Origin: Chloracidobacterium sp. CP2_5A
GTDB taxonomy: Bacteria > Acidobacteriota > Blastocatellia > Chloracidobacteriales > Chloracidobacteriaceae
Reading direction: 5' to 3'
Assembly (NCBI GenBank): GCA_002254845.1
Contig: NKPT01000005.1
Location: forward strand, 31,213 to 95,212
DNA length: 64,000 nucleotides
Shown here: piece by piece, positions 51,697-61,249 of the stretch
Numbering within the stretch: the stretch's first letter is position 1
How the letters are laid out: the number at the start of each line of letters is the position of its first letter
Notes under the pieces: generated by a model
Seen by the model: only the letters and a program-made list of their open reading frames with translations
Databases searched by the model: none
Told to the model about the DNA's origin: nothing
Made by a program: the position numbers and the translations under genes

Positions 51697-53952
51697 ATGA
51701 AACCGCCGTTCTCGCTTCACAGGGCGTCTTCGCGCCACGCTCGGCTGATCGCCGGCGCTGGACTTGCGTTGCTGGCCGTCAGCTTTGCGCTGGGCGGCAT
51801 CTACGTCACGCGGCACTGCCTGCACGCCGCGCCGCCGGAGGAAAAAACCGCCGCCCTGACGGAGCTCCGGCAAAGCGTCGCGCGCGCCGGCAATCAGCCG
51901 TCGGAAGGGCTGCTGACCAACTTCGAGCGGCGCTATCCAAACTCGGAAGCCGCTGCGCTGGCGCGGTTTCGGCGCGGTTACGACAGCTATCAGGGACGCA
52001 ACTACGCGACGGCGGCCAGCCTGCTCGACACGCCGCTCATCGGGGAATTCAGTCGGCTCGGCGACTACGGGCTGTATTACCTTGGCAAGGCCCAGTTCGA
52101 TAGCGGCAAATTCGAGGCGGCCGAAGCGACGCTAGCTCAGGTTGCCGCCCGGTATCCGCAATCGCTGTTCGCTCGCGACGCGACGCTTCAGGCCGGCCGG
52201 GCCGCCGCCGTCCGGCGCGATCTAGCCGCCGTCGAGCGCGTTTTGAAACCGCTGCTTGACGCCGGCGACGGCAACGCTCTCGCGATTTTGACGCTGGCCT
52301 GCCATGACGCCGGGCGGGCGGATGACGCCCGGCGGGTTTGGCGGCGCATTGTCACCGAAGCGCCGGACAGCCTGTCCCGCGATGAAGTCAAAAACGCCCA
52401 GCAGGCGCTGTTTCCCGACCCAGCCGCCGCCGCCGCCGCCACGCGCGTGACCGACGCCGCCGGGCTGCGCCTGCGCGCCAATCGGCTTTACGAGGCGAAG
52501 CAATACGCCGCGGCCGCGGAAGACTTCGCCCAGCTGGCTGCGCTTGACCCCGGCGCCCTGCAAAGCGATGCCGCCCGCTTCCGCTACGGCGCGAGCCTTT
52601 TCTTCGCGCAAAAGCTCGCGCCGGCGATGACGCAACTGGCGGCTGTCGGTAACCGGGACAAAGCCCTGCACGCGGAAGCATTGTTTTACCTTTCCGAAGC
52701 TCAGCGACGCAGCGGCAGCGCCGGCTATCCCGCGACGGCGGAGCGGCTGCTTGCGCTTTACCCAACCGCGCCCCGCGCAGGCGAAGCCCTTGAAAACCTC
52801 GCCCAGTGGGCTGAAAAGCGCGGCAGCCGCGGCTATTACGACCAGCTCGTTCGGAAGTATCCCGAACGCAAGGCCGGTCAGCAATGGCACTTCAAGCAAG
52901 CCTGGACGCTGCATCAACAAGGGGCGTACGCCGCCGCCATTCCGCTTCTGCTCGAGCACGTCGCCATTTTTCCATTTTCAGACAACAAGGGGCGGGCTGC
53001 CTTTTGGGCTGGGCGCGACCTTGAGCGCGCCGGGCGCAGCGCTGAAGCCAAGCCGCTCTATGACGCCATCGTTCGTCGGTATCGCTATACCTACTATGGG
53101 CAGCAAGCCGCGGAACGGCTGCGCGCCTTGCGCTCGACGCCGGCGGCGCAGCTCCCGGCGGAGCACCCGGTCATGCGGGCCGTGGCGGGATTGCCGCTAG
53201 CCAGGCCGCTGCCCGAAACCCTAAGGCCGGAAGGCGAGGTCTGGCTGGAGCGAGCGTCTCAGCTGCGCATCATCGGACTGATGGAGCTGTCACTTGCCGA
53301 ATTGGAAGTCGCCCGCCAGATGGCCCCGGCGTCGCCCAAAGTGGCGCTGGAGATAGCGCGCGTGTACCGCGATCTCGGGCAGCCGCGCCGCGCCGCGCAG
53401 TCGCTCCAGCAAGCGCACCCGGACTACTCGGTTTATCAAGGCGACGAAATCAGCCGCGAGGAATGGGAGATTTTCTTCCCGCTGCGCGAATGGGAAACGA
53501 TTCAGCGAGAAGCCAAAGCCAATGGCTTGGACCCCTTTGTTGTCGCTGGCCTCATTCGCCAGGAATCCATCTTTGACGCCAACGCTCGCTCGCGCGCCAA
53601 CGCCATCGGGCTGATGCAGCTTTTGCCTTCCACCGGGCGGCTGGTCGCCAATAAGAAGGGGGCCGGACCCGTCACGGCTGATCAGCTTTACAACCCGCAG
53701 CTCAACATCGTTCTCGGGACAAGCTACCTGGCCGCTATGCGGCGACAGTTTGGGCGCGATGAGTATGCCTTCGCGGCCTACAACGCCGGTCCCGGACGGG
53801 TCGCCGGATGGCTCAAGACGCTGCCGACCGATGACTTGGCGACGTGGGTTGACGCCATCCCGATCACGGAAACCCGGCTTTACGTGCTGGGCGTCACGCG
53901 TAACGCGGCTCACTACCGCCGACTCTACGGCGGCGGCCGCCCGCAGGATTAA
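51697..53952 (+). CDS. Soluble lytic murein transglycosylase (Slt70-like: superhelical TPR-like N-domain plus SLT domain)
   Basis: Signal/TM 'LIAGAGLALLAVSFALGGIYV' and C-terminal SLT 'GLIRQESIFDANARSRANAIGLMQLLPSTG...AYNAGPGRV'. Start at ATG 51697; the ORF-track start at 51457 lies upstream of the terminator and is rejected. Confidence 0.85.
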   Translation: MKPPFSLHRASSRHARLIAGAGLALLAVSFALGGIYVTRHCLHAAPPEEKTAALTELRQSVARAGNQPSEGLLTNFERRYPNSEAAALARFRRGYDSYQGRNYATAASLLDTPLIGEFSRLGDYGLYYLGKAQFDSGKFEAAEATLAQVAARYPQSLFARDATLQAGRAAAVRRDLAAVERVLKPLLDAGDGNALAILTLACHDAGRADDARRVWRRIVTEAPDSLSRDEVKNAQQALFPDPAAAAAATRVTDAAGLRLRANRLYEAKQYAAAAEDFAQLAALDPGALQSDAARFRYGASLFFAQKLAPAMTQLAAVGNRDKALHAEALFYLSEAQRRSGSAGYPATAERLLALYPTAPRAGEALENLAQWAEKRGSRGYYDQLVRKYPERKAGQQWHFKQAWTLHQQGAYAAAIPLLLEHVAIFPFSDNKGRAAFWAGRDLERAGRSAEAKPLYDAIVRRYRYTYYGQQAAERLRALRSTPAAQLPAEHPVMRAVAGLPLARPLPETLRPEGEVWLERASQLRIIGLMELSLAELEVARQMAPASPKVALEIARVYRDLGQPRRAAQSLQQAHPDYSVYQGDEISREEWEIFFPLREWETIQREAKANGLDPFVVAGLIRQESIFDANARSRANAIGLMQLLPSTGRLVANKKGAGPVTADQLYNPQLNIVLGTSYLAAMRRQFGRDEYAFAAYNAGPGRVAGWLKTLPTDDLATWVDAIPITETRLYVLGVTRNAAHYRRLYGGGRPQD

Positions 53953-53989
53953 GCCCGGAGGGCGGAACCCGCGGCCGACGGGGTCGCCG

Positions 53990-54841
53990 TCAGGCGGGCG
54001 AGAGGCGATTGGCTGCCAGAAGCGCGAATATCAGCCCGCCAACGATGAGCCGATAGACCACAAACACAAACATGCTGTGCGTCTTGAGGAAGTAGAGCAA
54101 AAAAGCGATGGCGGCGTAGCCGGTGATTCCCGACACGACCGTGGCAATCGCCGTCGCCAGGAGCATCGAGGCGTCAAAGTCCTTCACTTCCCGGACAAAC
54201 TGAAGCAGCCCGGCGCCGACGAGCGCCGGCACGCACAAGAGAAACGAAAAACGCGCCGCCGTAGCCCGGTCGAGACCCAACAGCAAGCCGGCCGTTATGG
54301 TCGTCCCGGAGCGGGAGGCGCCAGGGATGAGCGCCAGCGCCTGTCCGAAGCCAATCGCGAGCGCGTGCGCCCACGTCAGGTCCTCCAGCTTGAGACGGCG
54401 CGAGCCGACGAGCTCGGCGACGGTCAGGACCAGCGCCAGCCCAACCAGCGCCCCGGCGATGACATAGAGATTTTTCGTCAGCGCGCCCTCGATGACCTGC
54501 TTGAAGCCAAAGCCGAAGATCACGACGGGCAGCGACCCGATGATAATCAGCCAACCCATTCGAGCCGGCTCGCCAAGGCGGACCGCGCCCTGCATCCAGG
54601 CGAGGTTATCGGCGAGAAAGCCGCGCGCGATGCTCCACAAATCGGGGAAAAAATAAACCACCAGCGCCGCCACGGTGCCTAGCTGAATGACGGCGACGAA
54701 GCCGGTTAGTTGCTCTGGCGTCAGCTTTTGATCAAGCTGGAGGAGCTTGCTGACGAGAATCAAATGCGCGGTGCTGCTGATAGGCAAAAACTCGGTCAGC
54801 CCCTGTACAATGCCGAGGAGGATGGCTTGCAAAATGGACAT
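53990..54841 (-). CDS. uppP: Undecaprenyl-diphosphate phosphatase
   Basis: 'ILLGIVQGLTEFLPISSTAHL' and 'PGASRSGTTI' motifs. Start at ATG 54841. Confidence 0.9.
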   Translation of the reverse strand: MSILQAILLGIVQGLTEFLPISSTAHLILVSKLLQLDQKLTPEQLTGFVAVIQLGTVAALVVYFFPDLWSIARGFLADNLAWMQGAVRLGEPARMGWLIIIGSLPVVIFGFGFKQVIEGALTKNLYVIAGALVGLALVLTVAELVGSRRLKLEDLTWAHALAIGFGQALALIPGASRSGTTITAGLLLGLDRATAARFSFLLCVPALVGAGLLQFVREVKDFDASMLLATAIATVVSGITGYAAIAFLLYFLKTHSMFVFVVYRLIVGGLIFALLAANRLSPA

Positions 54842-54896
54842 GGGAAGCGTCCGAAACGTCGCGAAAGAGTATCCGGCGCGCCGCGCGGAATCGGCG

Positions 54897-55364
54897 ATGT
54901 TACCGCGCGGCGCGCCGCGAAGCACGCGGTTTCTCGCGGCCTGGGCCGCCTTCTGGCTGGTTATCGTCGCTTCGCCAGCCGCGACCGCCCGCCAGGGACA
55001 ATGCTGCGGCAAGCTGCGGGTCATGGCGCGCGCTGAAAGCGCTGACAAGCGCCCGATTGCCGGCGTCACGGTCGAGCTTTACCCGGCTCGCCCCGGACCG
55101 GGGCTGGCGTTTGAAACTGACCGCCGCGGTTTTGGCGCGCAGGTTGGCGTGCCGGAAGGGACGTACCGCGCGCGCCTCGCGCACCCGGATTTCATGACCG
55201 TGGAAATCACGGATATCGTCGTTCGCTCCTGGCCGACGGTGGAGCTGACCGTCAGCCTGCCGCCGCGGATCGCCGGACGACCGAACATCATCCGGCGGAT
55301 GCGCTATCGGTCGCCCCTTATTGACACGGACGGCGGCTCAATCCGGTATGTCATTCGCAACTAG
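54897..55364 (+). CDS. Secreted CarboxypepD_reg-like domain stub (resembles the N-terminal ~150 aa of acidobacterial TonB-dependent-receptor-like proteins)
   Basis: Signal peptide 'FLAAWAAFWLVIVASPAATA', 'IAGVTVELY....TD..G......PEGTYRARLAHPDF' beta-sandwich pattern, ending 'YRSPLIDTDGGSIRYVI'. This resembles the start of a plug region. It stops 4 nt into the convergent dprA. Confidence 0.5.
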   Translation: MLPRGAPRSTRFLAAWAAFWLVIVASPAATARQGQCCGKLRVMARAESADKRPIAGVTVELYPARPGPGLAFETDRRGFGAQVGVPEGTYRARLAHPDFMTVEITDIVVRSWPTVELTVSLPPRIAGRPNIIRRMRYRSPLIDTDGGSIRYVIRN

Positions 55365-56506
55365 CGCAACACTCGCGCGTAGCGCTTGCCGGGCAGCTCG
55401 CGCAGCGCGCCGTTGAGCGTCAGGCTCAACAGCGCCGCTAGGACGCGCGACTGCCCCAGGCCGCTTTGCATTGCGAGCGCATCCACATGGATCGGCTGGT
55501 CGAAGCCAACCAACGCCAGCAAGGCGCGCTCGTCTTCTGTCAGCTCCAGCGGCAGCGGGCGCTGCGCCGGCGTCGGTGGCGACTGTCCCTGTCGCAAGCG
55601 GCGACGCAGCTCATAGGAAAATTCCTCCGCGACATCGCGCCAGTCCATAACGAGCTTCGCGCCGTCCTGAATAAGTCGATTCGCGCCCGCCGACTTGCCC
55701 GACGTGATGTTGCCCGGCACGGCGAACACCTCGCGCCCCTGCTCCAGCGCCAGCCGCGCCGTAATGAGCGAGCCGGACCGCTCCGCCGCCTCAACCACCA
55801 AAACGCCCAGGCAAAGCCCGGCAATGACGCGATTGCGATAGGGAAAGTTTCTGGGCGTTGGCGGCTTCTCAAAGGGAAATTCGGTCGCGAGCGCCCCGCT
55901 CTCGGCAATGCGCTCGGCGAGCTTGGCGTTTTCCTTCGGATACATGTCGTCAAGTCCCGCGCCGAGCACGGCAATCGTGCGCCCCTGCGCTTCCAAAGCG
56001 GCTTCGTGCGCGGCGGCGTCAATGCCGCGCGCCAGACCCGAAACAATCGTCATGCCGGCGGCGGCTAAGTCGCGCGCGAGCTTGGCGGCGGCATTGCGCC
56101 CGTAGGTCGAGCAGGCGCGCGAGCCGACCACCGCGATACAGGGCTGCGCAAGCGACTCCGCCCAGTCGCCTTTGACAAACAACAGCAGCGGCGCGCCGTG
56201 AATCTCCCGCAGGAGCGCCGGGTAGTCGTCATCCGCTAGCGTGATCGCCCGCCCGCCAGAACGCGCCAGCGCCGCCATCTGTCGCGCCGCGTTTTCCGCT
56301 GAGCGTTCCGCTGAGCGGCTCTCCGCCAGCGCCAGCGCCACATCGTCCGAGAGGCCGAGCGCGCGCCATTCGTCGGGCGACGCCGCCAGCGCCGCCGTCG
56401 GCGTCCCGAAGCGCTCCAGCAGCCTGCGCCCCATGACTGGCCCGACGCCAGGCGTCAGCAACAGGCGAAGCCAGTCCTCAAGGTCAGCGCGAGCGTTATC
56501 CGGCAT
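55361..56506 (-). CDS. dprA: DNA-processing protein A
   Basis: 'VVGSRACSTYG', 'SGLARGIDAAAHE' and 'VVEAAERSGSLITA', plus a C-terminal wHTH. Start at ATG 56506. Confidence 0.85.
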   Translation of the reverse strand: MPDNARADLEDWLRLLLTPGVGPVMGRRLLERFGTPTAALAASPDEWRALGLSDDVALALAESRSAERSAENAARQMAALARSGGRAITLADDDYPALLREIHGAPLLLFVKGDWAESLAQPCIAVVGSRACSTYGRNAAAKLARDLAAAGMTIVSGLARGIDAAAHEAALEAQGRTIAVLGAGLDDMYPKENAKLAERIAESGALATEFPFEKPPTPRNFPYRNRVIAGLCLGVLVVEAAERSGSLITARLALEQGREVFAVPGNITSGKSAGANRLIQDGAKLVMDWRDVAEEFSYELRRRLRQGQSPPTPAQRPLPLELTEDERALLALVGFDQPIHVDALAMQSGLGQSRVLAALLSLTLNGALRELPGKRYARVLR

Positions 56507-57359
56507 GGGCGTCGGGAGCGGCTGGCGATGCGGCTTGAGCGGTAGCGCGCTTGACGGCATCCCAAATGGCGTTGAGTTCGTCGGGATGGCTTTCTGACAA
56601 AGTCTTCCCCCGCGCCGCCAGCGCCTGCTCGACGGCGGCGAAGCGGCGGCGAAACTTTTGATTGGCCGCCTTGAGCGTCGCCTCTGGGTCAAGGCGGAGC
56701 TTGCGCGCCAGATTGACCAGAACAAACAACAAATCGCCCACTTCCTCGGCGATGTCGCGCCCGCTTGGCGCAGGCGAGTCCAGCGCGGCCCGCAGCTCGC
56801 GGGCTTCCTCGTCCAGCTTGTCTAGGACGGATGCCGCGTCGGGCCAGTCGAAGTCATAGTAGGCCGCTCGCTCCGTAAGCTGCCTCGCCTCAATGAGCGC
56901 CGGCATCTTGGGCGAGACGCCGTCCAGCGCCGAAGGCGCTGGATTCCCCTTGCCGGCGGCGACCTTTTCCTGGGCCTTGATGACCTCCCAGTTGCGCGTC
57001 ACCTCGCGGGCGTCCTGCGCGCTCCCTTCGCCAAACACGTGCGGATGCCGGCGAATGAGCTTGTCGCGCAGCGCCTCAACCACATCGTAAATATCAAACC
57101 GTTGCGCCTCAGCCGCAATCTGCGCGTGAAAAATCACCTGAAGCAGCACATCGCCAAGCTCCTTGCGCAGCTCCGCGTCGTCGCCCTCATCTATGGCCTG
57201 CAAAACCTCGTATGCTTCTTCAAGCAGATAGGGCTTGAGCGTCTGGTGGGTTTGCTCTCGATCCCACGGACAGCCATTGGGCGCGCGCAGCCGCGCCATC
57301 ACTTCAATCAGCGCCTGAAAACGCCTGTCCGCCCCGACATCCGGCGTCGCCTGTGCCAT
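56496..57359 (-). CDS. mazG: Nucleoside triphosphate pyrophosphohydrolase MazG (tandem MazG domains)
   Basis: 'CPWDREQTHQTLKPYLLEEAYEV', 'ELGDVLLQV', and a second 'EEVGDLLFVLVNLAR'. Confidence 0.85.
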   Translation of the reverse strand: MAQATPDVGADRRFQALIEVMARLRAPNGCPWDREQTHQTLKPYLLEEAYEVLQAIDEGDDAELRKELGDVLLQVIFHAQIAAEAQRFDIYDVVEALRDKLIRRHPHVFGEGSAQDAREVTRNWEVIKAQEKVAAGKGNPAPSALDGVSPKMPALIEARQLTERAAYYDFDWPDAASVLDKLDEEARELRAALDSPAPSGRDIAEEVGDLLFVLVNLARKLRLDPEATLKAANQKFRRRFAAVEQALAARGKTLSESHPDELNAIWDAVKRATAQAASPAAPDAHAG

Positions 57360-57566
57360 CAACATCCTCCCGACCGTCCGCGCCATCAGCGGTAAAGCCC
57401 CAGCGAGCATTGACTTCGGCCACCGGCGAGGTCAAGCCGCGAGCGCGCCGAGGTTGGAAATTTTGGATAAGCAGTGCTAAGTTGACGTCCCTTTTTCATT
57501 TTTTCGCGCTTTGACTGAAAGACTGTCAAGCCACGACAGCTTGACCAGAAGCCTAGAAACAAGATT

Positions 57567-57899
57567 ATGGACGCCAAATCGCCAGGGTCGCCCGCCGGGG
57601 CGTCTTCCCAAAACCTTCAGGACACATTCCTCAACCAGGTGCGCCGCGAGCGCGCGACGGTCGCCATTTATCTCGTCAGCGGCGTCAAGCTCACCGGCCG
57701 CATCCGCGGCTTTGACAAGTACTCGGTCGTGCTAGAGGCTGGCAATCAAGAGCAACTCATTTTCAAGCACGCAATTTCGACCATCTCGGCGCTGCGGAGC
57801 GGACACGGGCGGAGCGCCGCGCCGACGGCCGGAAACGCGCCCGAAGCGACAACTGATGACAAGCCAGCCGGCGACGCCGCCGGCGCGACGACACCCTAG
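57567..57899 (+). CDS. hfq: RNA chaperone Hfq
   Basis: '[41 protein letters not shown]....[11 protein letters not shown]' carries the Sm1/Sm2 motifs. It has a 35-aa Ala/Gly/Thr/Pro-rich tail. Confidence 0.9.
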   Translation: MDAKSPGSPAGASSQNLQDTFLNQVRRERATVAIYLVSGVKLTGRIRGFDKYSVVLEAGNQEQLIFKHAISTISALRSGHGRSAAPTAGNAPEATTDDKPAGDAAGATTP

Positions 57900-57904
57900 A
57901 GAGC

Positions 57905-58585
57905 GTGACGCCCATGGCCCCAAGCGGCCTATTCATTAGCTTCGAGGGCATTGACGGCTGCGGAAAAACAACCCAGACCGCCTGGCTTGCGGACGCGCTG
58001 GAACGCGCCGGGCGACAAGTGGTCAAAACCCAGGAGCCGGGCGGGACGCTGATCGGGCGGCGACTGCGGGACCTCCTGCTGACGGACGGCGCCGCGCCGC
58101 GCGCGCCCCAGACGGAAGCCCTGCTGTTTGCCGCCGACCGCGCCCAACACGTCGCCGAAGTCATTCGTCCGGCGCTTGAGCGGGGCGATATTGTAGTTTG
58201 CGACCGCTTCACGGATTCCACCCGCGCCTACCAAGGCGGCGGGCGGCGTCTCCCATCTGACTTCGTTGAGACTGTCATCGGGGTGGCAACAGGCGGCCTT
58301 GAGCCGCGCCTCACCTTTTTGCTCGATCTGCCGGCGGACGTCGCGCGCGCGCGCCTGACGCAACACCCCAGGCGAGAACGCGCCGCCGATCGCTTTGAGA
58401 CGGAAGAGCCGGCTTTTTACGAGCGCGTCCGGGCAGCGTTTCTCGATCTGGCGCGGGCGCATCCGGCGCGCGTTCGCGTTCTCGACGCCGCGCAGCCGCC
58501 GGACGCCATTCATGCGCTGGTATGGAACGCCGTGGCGGCGCGCCTCAGTCCGCCGCTTCCTCAAGCGTCAAGCCTTGCGCCGTGA
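57905..58585 (+). CDS. tmk: Thymidylate kinase
   Basis: P-loop 'FISFEGIDGCGKTTQ' and 'DRFTDSTRAYQG'. The start is GTG 57905 or ATG 57914. Confidence 0.9.
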   Translation: MTPMAPSGLFISFEGIDGCGKTTQTAWLADALERAGRQVVKTQEPGGTLIGRRLRDLLLTDGAAPRAPQTEALLFAADRAQHVAEVIRPALERGDIVVCDRFTDSTRAYQGGGRRLPSDFVETVIGVATGGLEPRLTFLLDLPADVARARLTQHPRRERAADRFETEEPAFYERVRAAFLDLARAHPARVRVLDAAQPPDAIHALVWNAVAARLSPPLPQASSLAP

Positions 58586-59558
58586 GGCGCGCATCCAGGA
58601 CCTCCCCCCCGTTCGCCGCAAGCGCGGCGCAGACTTCGGCGCGACGACCTTCAGCAACGATGAAAACGACGCAGCCGCCGCCGCCCGCGCCGCACGCCTT
58701 GCCGGCTAGCGCCCCGGCTTCCCGCGCCGCCGCCATCAGCCGCTCAATGGTCGGCGTGGAAACGCCTTCCGCCAGTTGTCGCCGGTGACGCCACTCTTCC
58801 CGGAGACAATCCGCAACGGCCGCCACATCGCGCCCGCGCACCGCCTCGTACATCGCCCGCGCCAGGTCGCGGATGCGCGCCATAGCCGCCTGGGTTGCGG
58901 CGTCGCCGTCAATGTGGCGCTTGAAAATTTCCCAGTTGTTCGCGCCCGAAAAATGCGCCTGTCCGGTATGGCACACGACCGTATGGGCGTCGAGCGTCGG
59001 CAGCCAGTCGGCGGCCAAGGCTTCGCGGAACGCGCCGCCGACGCCGAGATGAATGGCGTTGACGCCGCCGTACAGCGCCGGGTAGTAGTCCTGGACGCCG
59101 GCCGGCACGCGAATCGCCTGCGTTTCAATGTCGGGCGACAGGGCCAGCAAGCGTTCCGGCGCATGTCCGGCGTTCGTCAGCTGATTGAGCGCCCCGGCCA
59201 GCGCGACGACCAACGCCGACGAGCCGCCCAGCCCAGATCCATGCGGCGCAGCGCAGTCGGTGACGACCTCAACCCCGCCGGACGGCGCAAAGAAGGCGAC
59301 CAGCCGCGCCAAAAGCTGGAGCGGCGTGTCAAAGCGCAACTCGGCGCGCGACGGATAGACTTCGCGCCGCCCAATGTCGCGCGACTCAAGCACGACGGCT
59401 GCATCAGCGCGCGTTTTGACCTTGCAGCTCGCCGGCAAATCAAGCGCGACGTTGACCGTCACGGCGCCGGGATGGAATAGGTGCAGCGGCGGCAGGTCGA
59501 GCGTTCCGCCCGCCAAATCAACCCGCGTCGGGGCGCGCGCCGTGATGACGCTTGTCAT
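58545..59558 (-). CDS. GHMP-family sugar kinase (heptose-7-phosphate kinase / fucokinase-like)
   Basis: 'ARAPTRVDLAGGTLDLPP' and GHMP motif II 'PHGSGLGGSSALVVAL'. C-terminal 'GKACGAGGGGCVVF'. Confidence 0.8.
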   Translation of the reverse strand: MTSVITARAPTRVDLAGGTLDLPPLHLFHPGAVTVNVALDLPASCKVKTRADAAVVLESRDIGRREVYPSRAELRFDTPLQLLARLVAFFAPSGGVEVVTDCAAPHGSGLGGSSALVVALAGALNQLTNAGHAPERLLALSPDIETQAIRVPAGVQDYYPALYGGVNAIHLGVGGAFREALAADWLPTLDAHTVVCHTGQAHFSGANNWEIFKRHIDGDAATQAAMARIRDLARAMYEAVRGRDVAAVADCLREEWRHRRQLAEGVSTPTIERLMAAAREAGALAGKACGAGGGGCVVFIVAEGRRAEVCAALAANGGEVLDARLTAQGLTLEEAAD

Positions 59559-59866
59559 AACGCGGCCGGCTTGGCTTTTTCGTAGCGGAGACGCTCAACC
59601 GGACGGCCGCCCAGCAGATGTTCCTGGACAATCGCCGGGGCGTCTTCCGCCGTGACGCGGCCGTACCAAACCTGTTCGGGATAGACGACGACCATCGGGC
59701 CATTGCCGCACTGCGCCAGACAGCCGGACTTGTTGACGCGAATGGTTTCGAGTTTGCCGCAGGCTTTGACGGCGTCCCGCAGCGCCTGCCAAACGGCTTC
59801 ACTGCCCTGCGTTGGGCAGGTCTTGCCGGAGACGCAGACAAACACGTGCTTTTCAAAGACACTCAT
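59555..59866 (-). CDS. Thioredoxin-like [2Fe-2S] ferredoxin
   Basis: 103 aa. 'KHVFVCVSGKTC' and 'SGCLAQCGNGPMVVVYPE..WYGRVT' are typical of thioredoxin-fold 2Fe-2S ferredoxins. Its stop overlaps the kinase ATG (ATGA). Confidence 0.8.
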   Translation of the reverse strand: MSVFEKHVFVCVSGKTCPTQGSEAVWQALRDAVKACGKLETIRVNKSGCLAQCGNGPMVVVYPEQVWYGRVTAEDAPAIVQEHLLGGRPVERLRYEKAKPAAL

Positions 59867-60045
59867 TGCAAGCTTCCTTTGGATGCATGAAGAAAAATTG
59901 CGCGGCGCATCTTGGCGAAAAGTCCGCGGCTTGAAAAGCGGGCGGCGCGGCGCTCGCCCGGTTGTTTCCGCTTGAACAGCATGTGTAAAGTAGCCCCAAC
60001 GCCGCTTCGGGGCGCTATTTTCCCTATCTGACTGATTGTGAAGTT

Positions 60046-61053
60046 ATGCCAAATCGCCGCCTTCCCGACTCGCCGATGCGCGTTGCGCCCCAGACCCTGT
60101 CCGGCAGCGCCAACGGCGACCGCCCGGAGTCGCCCGCGCCAAAACCCAAAGCCAAGTCATCGGATGTCAAGCCGCCAGAAAAGCATACATCGCTGCTCAA
60201 GGCGAGCGCCGGGGTGGGCATCGCGCTCGGCATCGCCACGGCCGGGAGCTTTCTATTATTCCGCCTGCTTAATCGCATGAAAGTCGAGGGGCTGGAAAAC
60301 ATTCCCGACTCGCACGAAAACGTCCTCTATTGCCCAAACCATTCGTCGCTGCTGGATAACTTCGCCCTTGGCGTCGGGCTCTACATCCCTCGCATGCTGT
60401 TCCGCCCAGAATACATTCCCATCAACCTGGCGGACCGGAAGAACTTTTTCGGCGACCCGTCCTCGCGGCGCTTCAAGGATCGCGTCCTGCGCGTGCTGGG
60501 CGAGTATTTCTTCAAGAACCTGCGCACCTTTCCGGTTGACCGGCGCGGCGTCGGGCTCGAGCAGGTTGATCAGTGGGTGGAAATGCTCCGGCAAAACATC
60601 GTCATCGTGTTTCCAGAAGGGACGCGCTCGCGGACCGGCGAAATCGGGCGCGGACGCGCCGGCGTCGGCAAGCTTATTTACGACGCGCGCCCGACGGTCA
60701 TCCCGGTACGACTCATTGGCACGGACGAAGTGCTCGGCGTCGGCAAGCTCATTCCAAGCTTTTTCCGCACCATACGCATCGTCATCGGCAAGCCGCTCGA
60801 CCTGAGCGAGCTCATTGATCAGCCGCTCCCGGAAGACGAGCGGAAGCGGCATGACCTTTATCGGGAAATTGCGTCCCGCGTGGTGGCGGCCATTCGGGCG
60901 CTTGGCCACGGCAAGCCGCTTCCCTTGGACAAGCCTTCCCCACAGACGGACGACGATCCGGAAGGCGACCTGGAAAGCGCGACCGCAGCTCCGGCGGCGG
61001 AAACAAAGTCGGCCGCCGAACGGCAAAGCGCCGACGCTCCCGAACAGTCCTGA
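60046..61053 (+). CDS. plsC: 1-acyl-sn-glycerol-3-phosphate acyltransferase-family protein
   Basis: 'NHSSLLD' (HX4D) and 'FPEGTRSRTG' motifs. It has N-terminal Pro/Lys-rich and C-terminal acidic extensions. Confidence 0.8.
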   Translation: MPNRRLPDSPMRVAPQTLSGSANGDRPESPAPKPKAKSSDVKPPEKHTSLLKASAGVGIALGIATAGSFLLFRLLNRMKVEGLENIPDSHENVLYCPNHSSLLDNFALGVGLYIPRMLFRPEYIPINLADRKNFFGDPSSRRFKDRVLRVLGEYFFKNLRTFPVDRRGVGLEQVDQWVEMLRQNIVIVFPEGTRSRTGEIGRGRAGVGKLIYDARPTVIPVRLIGTDEVLGVGKLIPSFFRTIRIVIGKPLDLSELIDQPLPEDERKRHDLYREIASRVVAAIRALGHGKPLPLDKPSPQTDDDPEGDLESATAAPAAETKSAAERQSADAPEQS

Positions 61054-61249
61054 GGCGTCCAAGCCGGAGAGGGCGAGCGGGCGGCGTTTATTTGCGCTTC
61101 ATTGTCGCTGCTACGACTACCCCCTGCCTTTGTTCCAAAAGCGCAGCCGTTAGAGCCTCTGCCATTCCAAGCTTGATGAACTCATCGAGGGGGTAAGCGG
61201 GCGCTGAGCGTTCAGCCCGCGGCGCCGCCTGATTGCTCGCCCAAGCGAC

